The position numbers and the translations under genes were made by a program. This document shows positions 25,210-32,000 of a stretch of 32,000 nucleotides of DNA, piece after piece (the first letter of the stretch is position 1; the number at the start of each line of letters is the position of its first letter). The stretch comes from an uncultured Acidobacteriota bacterium (GTDB lineage: Bacteria; Acidobacteriota; Terriglobia; 20CM-2-55-15): the NCBI GenBank assembly GCA_963738025.1, contig CAVTWA010000005.1, positions 192,502-224,501 on the forward strand. The letters run 5' to 3'. The notes under the pieces were generated by a model that was not told the DNA's origin, searched no databases, and worked only from the letters and a program-made list of their open reading frames with translations.

Positions 25210-25749
25210 GGTACGCCCGATCAGGTTATTGTGAGCTTCAGTAAGCAGATCAGTTGCGACCTTTTCTTACCAGATGCAGATCGGTCCCGCATGAAAGGTT
25301 TGTCCGATATCTTGCCCTCCGCAGGTCCTTGGGTGGTAACGGAAGTCAGACTGAATACCCATTTGGAATCGTCGGCGGCAGCGCCACGAGAAAGTAGCAC
25401 GTTTGATGGGTGGTAGGCCGCAAAGGCCCACCTGCCGGGAAGAAAACTGGTCAGAACATCTATAATACGTTCAGCCGAGCTGACTCGCAGCGACCACGGG
25501 CTGGGCTACCGGAAGACGTGCAAAGTTTCGGAGTTGGCAGAGTGGCTCGGGCCACCCTCACGGGCACCGCCGGTCTCTCCGGCGTCCTACAAGTATCTCA
25601 CCCAGCCGGATTGGTTCTAAGACGCGCCACAGGCAGTGCTGGATTCGTGTGCCCCGGCCTGCCCGATGCCCATCTTACATTCAAGCGTTTCAATCGAGCG
25701 CGGTAAATAATTGCTGCTGTACGTCAGCTCCCTTGATAGTCTCCTCTCG

Positions 25750-26175
25750 ATGCCTCAGAATCCTGACGTTCGGTGGCGGCAACGATTTCAAAGCTTTCGC
25801 AAGGCCTTAACCCAATTAATTGCCGCCGCTGATTTGGCGAAGCAAAGAAAATTGTCCGACTTGGAGCAGCAGGGGCTGATTCAAGCCTTTGAATTCACTC
25901 ACGAACTGGCATGGAACACACTAAAGGATTTTCTCGAATCGCGTGGAGCGGCGAAAATCTACGGTTCCAAGGACGCTACACGCGAAGCGTTCTCAAGGGG
26001 ACTGATCGCGAACGGCGATGAATGGATGGCAATGATCCAAACTCGGAACCGCAGTAGCCACACGTACAATGAAAAGACCGCCAAAGAATTGGCCGATGCA
26101 ATCCTGTCCAGCTTTGTGGGGGAGTTCGAAACGTTGCTTGTCACATTCACCGATCTGGAGATACAGGAGCAATGA
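25750..26175 (+). CDS. HEPN-domain nucleotidyltransferase substrate-binding protein (HI0074 family; HepT-like toxin)
   Basis: The track ORF begins at TTG 25711; the ATG at 25750 gives MPQNPDVRWRQRFQSFRKAL... It shows family-typical FEFTHELAWNTLKDFL and the Rx4H HEPN motif in QTRNRSSHTYN. Its stop overlaps the downstream ATG as ATGA (26172-26175). Confidence 0.8.
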   Translation: MPQNPDVRWRQRFQSFRKALTQLIAAADLAKQRKLSDLEQQGLIQAFEFTHELAWNTLKDFLESRGAAKIYGSKDATREAFSRGLIANGDEWMAMIQTRNRSSHTYNEKTAKELADAILSSFVGEFETLLVTFTDLEIQEQ

Positions 26176-26507
26176 ACTTTCGTCATGGCCTGTCAGAAAA
26201 AACGGTATCGCGAATCACCGAAGTCCTGGCACGATTTCCCGTGGAGAGGGCACTGGTTTTCGGTTCGCGGGCAAAGGGCACATACAGGCCCGGCTCGGAT
26301 ATCGATCTCGCGCTGGTCGGCGCGTCCCTCGATTGGCGAACGGTTGGAAAGATCTACGATGCACTCGATGACCTGCTGCTGCCGCATCGCTTCAGTCTGA
26401 TCGCTTACGACGAGAATACCGATTCCGAAGTCGCTGCACACATTGTTCGCGTGGGAATTACTGTCTTTGAACGAGTACACCCACCCGGTGAACTGCTCAG
26501 ACTATGA
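26172..26507 (+). CDS. Minimal nucleotidyltransferase (MNT; MntA-like antitoxin)
   Basis: 111-aa ORF with the pol-beta superfamily motif LVFGSRAKGTYRPGSDIDLAL (GS-x10-DxD). It is translationally coupled to the HEPN gene. Confidence 0.85.
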   Translation: MNFRHGLSEKTVSRITEVLARFPVERALVFGSRAKGTYRPGSDIDLALVGASLDWRTVGKIYDALDDLLLPHRFSLIAYDENTDSEVAAHIVRVGITVFERVHPPGELLRL

Positions 26508-26702
26508 TCGTCGCTCCTGTTGCGCGACCCAGTTGGAGCAGTCATACGGGCACCCGTCCTTTTGCGCTCTCAAGAATATTCATTTTTTACCGGCGATCTG
26601 AGCGTCGACCTCCGACAGAATATCGATGCTAACCAGCTTTCCATGATTTTGTGCCACCTGTATTTGGGTCTTATGGGACTACTCGATCAGAAAGTTCCGT
26701 GC

Positions 26703-27230
26703 TCACTTTGATCGAATCGGGGTTATCAAATACGAACTTGGACCCGTTTGCCGGATCATGTTCAACCACAAGATCAAAGCTATATACCAGTACGATGCTC
26801 CGTTGTGATGGCCACTTCGAAAGATCCATTGCAAAGCGTTTTCGTGTGCAGCGTTGCCCAAGATGTCGTGAACTGGACGGCTGATCGGCCCAAGGATCTC
26901 CGCCGAGAGCATCTCACCCTCGGGCGAAACATTACATTGTATTTTCAGCGTTCCTTTATCGGTTCCTGAACTTCGCTGTGATGAGCCTTGCTCAGGATTT
27001 TATCGGTTATGTCGTCTAGACGAGCACTGTCGCGGCAACCTAAACAGCATATCCACTAGCAGGCAGTCAAAAGAGATCGCTAAGGCCGAGAGTGCAGTCA
27101 AAATACGGGTACCCTTGCGCCATGGATAGCGAGTAGCCGCAATCCGTCCTGTTGCCGCTGAGCATGAATTCAGTGTCCGAGGTAGCGACTTAACGGCCAG
27201 TGATAAATTCCCATACCTGACAACGTGATT
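26703..27230 (-). pseudogene. Possible TonB-like protein remnant (N-terminal anchor + TonB_C-like domain) with in-frame stop and no evident start
   Basis: A single minus-strand frame reads ...RKGTRILTALSALAISFDCLLVDMLFRLPRQCSSRRHNR*NPEQGSSQRSSGTDKGTLKIQCNVSPEGEMLSAEILGPISRPVHDILGNAAHENALQWIFRSG... with TAA at 27000-27002. The pattern GTLKIQxxVxxxGxxxxxEIL...LxxAAxxxAxxWxF resembles the TonB C-terminal domain. There is no ATG upstream of the TM-like segment. Confidence 0.3.
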
Positions 27231-27689
27231 CTACAGTGCACCCTGGCGCTTGAAGGACTGGATGATCTGATCGAGGTTGGCTAGAAATCGTGATCGCGCT
27301 TTCTTGTCCATGGGCGTGGGACCGCTATGCATTTCACCCCTTTGTCGCAAATCCTGCATCAGGGCCCGGGTCGCGACTGCGGTGCCGATGTTATCGGAGG
27401 TGAACTCCACACCCTTCGGGCCCAAAACCCGAACGGATTTCTTTACGCACCGATCGGCAAGAAGAATATCGGCCGTAACGACGATGTCGTTCGGCTTTGA
27501 ATTCTCGACAATCCAATCATCTGCCGCATCGAAGTCGCCAGTCACAACCACCATTTCGCGAAGCGAATTAAGTGGAACGTTCAGTCGTTTGTTCGCGACA
27601 AGTACGACGGGAAGTTTGTAACGATCAGCAACTCGGTAGACTTCCTCCTTCACTGGGCACCCGTCGGCGTCAACGTAGATTTTTGTCAT
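27231..27689 (-). CDS. yaiI: YaiI/YqxD family protein (UPF0178, DUF188; PIN-like fold)
   Basis: The track ORF is 27231-27827. The start is placed at ATG 27689 ([39 protein letters not shown]...), which aligns by eye with E. coli YaiI (MTIWVDADACP...LVLVANQSLRVP...VITADIPLAA...). The sequence contains [15 protein letters not shown]. Confidence 0.85.
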   Translation of the reverse strand: MTKIYVDADGCPVKEEVYRVADRYKLPVVLVANKRLNVPLNSLREMVVVTGDFDAADDWIVENSKPNDIVVTADILLADRCVKKSVRVLGPKGVEFTSDNIGTAVATRALMQDLRQRGEMHSGPTPMDKKARSRFLANLDQIIQSFKRQGAL

Positions 27690-27860
27690 CGCGTTCGATA
27701 CTACAACGGGTCCGGGCCCGCGACTGTGTTGATTGCTGGGTAAAGGTTCGGCATGAAAACCCGGCGCGGCCTTGATCAAGGAAACCTGCCGCCGCATCCG
27801 CCTGGCTCGCAGTTTCTGGAATGGCATAACAACCCGGCCTGCCGTGAGCGAAGGAAAGCC

Positions 27861-27989
27861 ATGGCGCTTTATGACACTTTGAGCGAGACCGAGCGGGAGA
27901 TGATGCCCCGGGTGTTGCGAGTGTGGTTGCGCTACAGGAGCGAGAAGTATTTTGGCGATGATCGAACGCCGGGAGGTCGCAAGAAGTAA
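27861..27989 (+). CDS. Small hypothetical ORF (42 aa), divergent from yaiI
   Basis: An internal ATG at 27861 of track ORF 27753-27989 is preceded by gaAGGAAagcc (SD-like). The peptide is [43 protein letters not shown] recognise no family, so coding status is uncertain. Confidence 0.2.
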   Translation: MALYDTLSETEREMMPRVLRVWLRYRSEKYFGDDRTPGGRKK

Positions 27990-28200
27990 TGATCCAGAGT
28001 TTGATGAAAGAGCAACTGCGTTAATTTCCGGAAGCGCGGTTCTCGGGATCTAAGGCACCTTCACATTTTCACAATACCGGCATCTGTCACTTGTGACGCA
28101 CAGCATGTTGACCACGAAACGTTCCACTGCGACGGTGTGACGGTCAATCAGTATTCGGGCCCGTCTTTCGTCCCACTGCGATAGACTCGTCTGACGATCT

Positions 28201-31008
28201 ATGTCACTTTCTGAGGGCGACAAGCTTGGGCCTTACGAAATCGTCGGCCTTATCGGGACCGGCGGCATGGGCGAGGTATATAGGGCGCGGGACACACGGC
28301 TCAATCGGGATGTCGCGATAAAAGTGCTGCCTCACGCTTTTGCGACTGCGGCTGCGCGGGAACGCTTTCAGCGCGAGGCTCGCGCCGCTTCGGCGCTCAA
28401 TCATCCCAATATCTGCGTAGTCCACGATGTGGGTGAGGCGGCAGGCCATCCCTTTCTGGTGATGGAGTTGCTCGACGGCGAAACGCTGCGCGAGCAAATC
28501 GCCGGGAAGTCTCTCGATCTCCCGGCGGCCGTGACGTTGAGCATTGAGGTCGCCGACGCGTTGGACGCCGCCCATACCAAGGGGATCATCCATCGCGATA
28601 TCAAGCCAGCCAACATTTTTGTAACCAAACGCGGTCACGCCAAGGTGCTCGACTTTGGCTTAGCAAAGCAGGATCAGCACTCGGATACCAACGCTGTGAC
28701 CGTGGACATGCTCACCGAGCCGGGCACGGCCATGGGCACCGTCGCCTATATGTCGCCCGAACAGGCGCGCGGCCAACTCGTAGATGCGCGTAGCGACCTG
28801 TGGTCTTTGGGCGTCGTTCTGTACGAAATGGTGACCGGATCGCGGCCCTTCGACGGCCCGACCTCCCCGATCATTTTCGATGCCCTCCTGAACAAGAAGC
28901 CCCAGCCGGTTCGCGAGCGAAATCCAAAGGTGCCTGCCGAGCTGGACCGGATCGTCGGCGGGCTTCTGGAAAAGGATCGCGCATTGCGGTACCCATCCGC
29001 CGCGGAACTGCGTGACGATCTAAAGCGATTGCAAAGCGGATTGAGCCCGGCCACACGAGACGGAAGCCGCAGCCCTCGGCTGAAATACGGAATCATTGCC
29101 GCCGTGATGTTGATTCTGGCGACCGGCGGGTTCTTCTTGTGGCAACAGCGCAGCCAGGCGAGGCAACTCACCGACAAGGACTCGATCGTCCTCGCCGATT
29201 TCAAGAACACGACGGGTGACCCGGTTTTTGACGAGACGCTGCGCCAGGGGCTGGCGGCGCAGTTGGAGCAATCCCCATTCCTGAGCCTGATTTCCGACGA
29301 GCGTATCCGCCAGATGTTGGCGCTGATGAAGCAATCGCCCGATGCAAAACTCACGCCCGAAATCGCTAAGGAGGTTTGCGCACGGAGCGGCAGTGCAGCC
29401 GTGCTGGAGGGTTCTCTTGCAGCCGTCGGCAGTCAGTATGTATTGGGTTTCCGCGCGAAGAACTGCCGGAACGGGGACATTCTCGATGAAGAACAGGTCC
29501 AGGTGCCCAAGAAGGAAGAGGTCCTGAACGCGCTCAGCCAGATCGCCGGCAGATTCCGAACGCGCGTCGGCGAGTCACTGGCGATGGTGAAGGAACATGA
29601 AATCCCCCTGATCGAGGCGACGACGGCTTCGCTCGAAGCGCTGCAAGCGTACAGCGCGGCTCAGGCGGTGAATGTTTCGAAGGGGAGCGGGCCGGCGATT
29701 CCGCTGTTTAAGCGCGCCGCCGAGTTGGATCCCGGTTTCGCACTGGCCTCCGCCCATTTAGGTTCTGCGTACGGCGTCATCGGCGAATCGGTCCTGGCCG
29801 CGGACAGCCTCAAGAAGGCCTACGCGATGCGGAATCACGCCAGCGATCCGGAGAAGTTTTTCATCACCCTCAATTATGAGCGGGACGTGACCGGCAATCT
29901 CGAGAACGCGGCTCAGATTGGCGAGTTGTGGGCACAAACCTATCCACGCGATGTGCGAGCCTACTCGCAGTGGTCAGTTGTCTCGCGGATGGAGGGACGT
30001 CATGACAAGTCGCTGGATGAAGCATCTAAGGCTATCGCCATCGATCCGGACTTTGCCTTCGGCTACATCAGTCAGGCGAGGTCCTACCTTATTCTGGATC
30101 GCCTGGAAGAGGCCGAGAAAACGTTTCTTGCGGCGTCCGCCCACAAACTCGAGCCGGCGAACCTCTTTCTCCTGCGCTACTACGTCGCGTTCTTGAGAGG
30201 AGACGCGGCCGCCATGGAACGCCAGGTTACGCGGGCCCGGGATCGGCCCGACAGCGAAGACTGGATGACGCACGCGCAGGCTCTTGTTGCAGCCTACTCG
30301 GGGCGCTTGCAACTCGCACGAAGCCTGTCGCGGCACGCCATTGATTTGGCCCAGCAGTCCGGCAAGCATGAGAGAGCCGCTACATTCGAGGGCGCAACCG
30401 CACTTTACGAAAGCGTCCTCGGGAATGCGGCGGACGCCATCGCGCTAGGAAAGGCTGCTCTGAAGTTATCCCAAGGCCGCGACGTAGAATATGCGGTCGC
30501 ATTTGTACAGGCGAAACTTGGAAATACTGAGCAGTCGCAGAAACTGGCAAGCGATCTGAATCGCCGGTTTCCCGAAGACACGTCGGTTCAATTCCAATAC
30601 CTGCCGGTGCTTCGCGCGCTCGCCGATCTCAAGGAGGGTTCCCCCGCCAACGCAATACAGGAACTCCAATCTGCCGAGCGTTATGGACTCGCTATGAACG
30701 GACTAAGCCTCAATGCATTCTACGGTGCAATGTATCCGGCGTACGTGCGCGGCGAGGCATTTCTCGTTGAGCACAAGGGCGGGGAGGCCGCGGCCGAGTT
30801 CCAGAAATTAATTGATCATCGTGGGATCGTATTGGCCGATCCGGCCGCCGCGTTGGCACGACTTGAAATCGGCAGAGCTTGGGTGTTGGCGGGAGAGAAG
30901 GCAAAAGCGAAGACTGCATACCAGGATTTCCTCGCCCTCTGGAAGGATGCCGACCCTGGCGTCCCGATCCTGATCGAAGCGAAGAAAGAGTACGCTGCGC
31001 TACATTAG
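28201..31008 (+). CDS. Membrane Ser/Thr protein kinase with extracytoplasmic TPR-rich sensor region
   Basis: 935-aa ORF with kinase motifs [27 protein letters not shown] and [10 protein letters not shown]. It has a TM helix ([19 protein letters not shown]) and then a [25 protein letters not shown] module. This is followed by many TPR-like helices ([11 protein letters not shown]..., [32 protein letters not shown]...). Confidence 0.9.
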   Translation: MSLSEGDKLGPYEIVGLIGTGGMGEVYRARDTRLNRDVAIKVLPHAFATAAARERFQREARAASALNHPNICVVHDVGEAAGHPFLVMELLDGETLREQIAGKSLDLPAAVTLSIEVADALDAAHTKGIIHRDIKPANIFVTKRGHAKVLDFGLAKQDQHSDTNAVTVDMLTEPGTAMGTVAYMSPEQARGQLVDARSDLWSLGVVLYEMVTGSRPFDGPTSPIIFDALLNKKPQPVRERNPKVPAELDRIVGGLLEKDRALRYPSAAELRDDLKRLQSGLSPATRDGSRSPRLKYGIIAAVMLILATGGFFLWQQRSQARQLTDKDSIVLADFKNTTGDPVFDETLRQGLAAQLEQSPFLSLISDERIRQMLALMKQSPDAKLTPEIAKEVCARSGSAAVLEGSLAAVGSQYVLGFRAKNCRNGDILDEEQVQVPKKEEVLNALSQIAGRFRTRVGESLAMVKEHEIPLIEATTASLEALQAYSAAQAVNVSKGSGPAIPLFKRAAELDPGFALASAHLGSAYGVIGESVLAADSLKKAYAMRNHASDPEKFFITLNYERDVTGNLENAAQIGELWAQTYPRDVRAYSQWSVVSRMEGRHDKSLDEASKAIAIDPDFAFGYISQARSYLILDRLEEAEKTFLAASAHKLEPANLFLLRYYVAFLRGDAAAMERQVTRARDRPDSEDWMTHAQALVAAYSGRLQLARSLSRHAIDLAQQSGKHERAATFEGATALYESVLGNAADAIALGKAALKLSQGRDVEYAVAFVQAKLGNTEQSQKLASDLNRRFPEDTSVQFQYLPVLRALADLKEGSPANAIQELQSAERYGLAMNGLSLNAFYGAMYPAYVRGEAFLVEHKGGEAAAEFQKLIDHRGIVLADPAAALARLEIGRAWVLAGEKAKAKTAYQDFLALWKDADPGVPILIEAKKEYAALH

Positions 31009-31114
31009 CTCTAACCACCGGCGGACCTCTATTCCGTTCCAGGCGGATTCTTATCCGTAACTTCTCCTCGTTTAGCGGGAAGTTCTCCAATCGGCCGAAG
31101 TTGGCAATGGTTCT

Positions 31115-31522
31115 CTAGTCGGTTGCTCGTACAAGTGCCAATGGTCTGTAAAACTGTCGCAGCGCCCTCTGCTGCCTTGCGATCGTGGACCTCGCCTCGG
31201 TGGGGAGGTCCGATTTGAGAGCCTGATCGTAGGAATCGAGCACCTGTCGAAGAGCATCCGTTCCGGTTTCGGCGGAAAGGCGTTCGAACGGAAACGAGCT
31301 GAAGTCTTCGATGACGTGCATGAGGGTTTTCCTGCCCATTTGCCGAATCTCGTTCCTCAACTCGACTGTGAACTGATCCAGCTTTTGCTCGACGCTTTCC
31401 GTGAGTTGCCGAAGTGCGGGTTCGGCGTGGGTTACAGGCGCGTCATGAAAGATCTGGCGGCATTGCGTACAGGCATCGATCAGCCGGACCAGACTGTAAA
31501 CGGATTCCGAGTTCTTCAACAC
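31115..31522 (-). CDS. Four-helix-bundle protein, PA2169/DUF2383-like (ferritin-like superfamily)
   Basis: 135-aa ORF with a GTG start 9 nt after the upstream stop. The pattern LVRLIDACTQCRQIFHDA...QKLDQFTVELRNEIRQMG...VLDSYDQALKSDLPTEARSTIARQQRAL matches my recollection of the DUF2383 layout (LNDLIExxxDGxxGF...; ...AYEEALxxDLPxxxRxxVxxQ). This rests on memory only. Confidence 0.5.
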   Translation of the reverse strand: MLKNSESVYSLVRLIDACTQCRQIFHDAPVTHAEPALRQLTESVEQKLDQFTVELRNEIRQMGRKTLMHVIEDFSSFPFERLSAETGTDALRQVLDSYDQALKSDLPTEARSTIARQQRALRQFYRPLALVRATD

Positions 31523-31531
31523 GCGTACCTT

Positions 31532-32000
31532 CTAATTCGAAGATGTCGACAAATCTTTCGCGGGAGGCAGTTTCGACGCATCCCAGCCTCCGCCTAATGC
31601 TTCGATCAGCGAAACACTGGCGGTCAACCGGCGCGTGAGCAATTGCGTGGCAACATCCTGGGCGTTCAACAGCGCCGCCTGCTCGGTGATGACGGTCAAA
31701 TACGTCGTCGTACCGGCTCTATACTGCGCGGTGGACACGGTGAGGGCGCGGTTTGTAGCGCCGATCGTCTCCTCTACCTTGGCCGCTTCCTGTTCGAGAA
31801 TCCGCAGTGCAGCGAGATTATCTTCGACCTGTTGAAACGCTCCGAGAACGGTCTGGCGATAGCTGGCGACGGTGGCGTCGTAGCCGGCCTGCTCTTCGGC
31901 AACAATGGCTTTTCTGCGGCCTGCATCGAACAATGTGTATGCCAGAGACGGACCGACGGACCAGATGCGGCTCGGCCAGCTGAACCAACTGGTCAGACTC
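31532..32000 (-). CDS. Outer-membrane efflux protein (NodT/OprM-type RND outer-membrane factor), C-terminal part; 5' end beyond window
   Basis: The reading frame is open from the window end (…SLTSWFSWPSRIWSVGPSLAYTLFDAGRRKA…) to the stop at 31532. The C-terminal segment QQVEDNLAALRILEQE...AQYRAGTTTYLTVITEQAALLNAQDVATQLLTRRLTASVSLIEALGGGW is the canonical OMF ending. Confidence 0.75.
   Translation of the reverse strand, partial: SLTSWFSWPSRIWSVGPSLAYTLFDAGRRKAIVAEEQAGYDATVASYRQTVLGAFQQVEDNLAALRILEQEAAKVEETIGATNRALTVSTAQYRAGTTTYLTVITEQAALLNAQDVATQLLTRRLTASVSLIEALGGGWDASKLPPAKDLSTSSN

Noticed and set aside
25159-25706. Track ORFs 25159-25416(+) and 25410-25706(+) as protein-coding genes
   Set aside because: They have no SD or start context, their composition is that of GC-rich non-coding DNA, and I recognise no motifs. 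The region is treated as noncoding or decayed (see finding).
26520-26600. Possible terminator downstream of the MNT gene (ACGGGcaCCCGTccttttgcg)
   Set aside because: The stem is only 5 bp with a 2-nt loop, which is sterically implausible, and the T-run is short and interrupted. The evidence is insufficient.

Overview
GC-rich bacterial chromosomal segment. The gene content (hopanoid genes, MacB-type permease, membrane Ser/Thr kinases with PD40 or TPR ectodomains) suggests an Acidobacteriota-like soil bacterium, but that is inference only. Part A (1-20710) is one uninterrupted minus-strand array of 22 genes forming a hopanoid biosynthesis supercluster. In transcription order it reads: ispH-shc-hpnH-hpnA-hpnG-ZnADH-ZnADH | hpnC-hpnD-hpnE | CE4 deacetylase-HlyD adaptor-TPR protein-FtsX/MacB permease-TolC | hpnJ-EamA half-EamA half-hpnI-hpnK (hpnK runs off the window start). 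Each '|' boundary holds one copy of a single palindromic ~70-85 nt repeat family that begins at or next to the stop codon of the preceding gene. One copy is a perfect 41-bp-arm palindrome, and two copies differ by a compensatory base-pair change. hpnJ and the permease each carry an apparent 1-nt (+1) frameshift, which is either a pseudogene or an assembly error. The leads I consider most interesting are: (i) tandem Zn-dependent dehydrogenases translationally coupled to hpnG, as candidates for the unassigned ribosylhopane-to-bacteriohopanetetrol reduction; (ii) an ATPase-less MacB/DevC-like tripartite exporter inside the hpn cluster; (iii) an ArnE/ArnF-like pair of half-size EamA proteins between hpnJ and hpnI; (iv) the module-punctuating palindromes. 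Part B (20711-32000) looks accessory or decayed. It contains a truncated, frameshifted molybdopterin-oxidoreductase remnant next to an abrupt AT-rich junction, and an orphan FN3-domain protein with a strong terminator. It also has a PD40-propeller Ser/Thr kinase bracketed by two direct copies of a second hairpin repeat, and a ~0.5 kb noncoding gap. The rest is a HEPN/MNT (type VII TA-like) pair, a TonB-like pseudogene, a YaiI (DUF188) gene, a TPR Ser/Thr kinase, a DUF2383-like gene and the 3' part of an outer-membrane efflux gene. I found no rRNA, tRNA, CRISPR array, transposase or integrase. All homology statements come from my reading of the translations; no database search was run.
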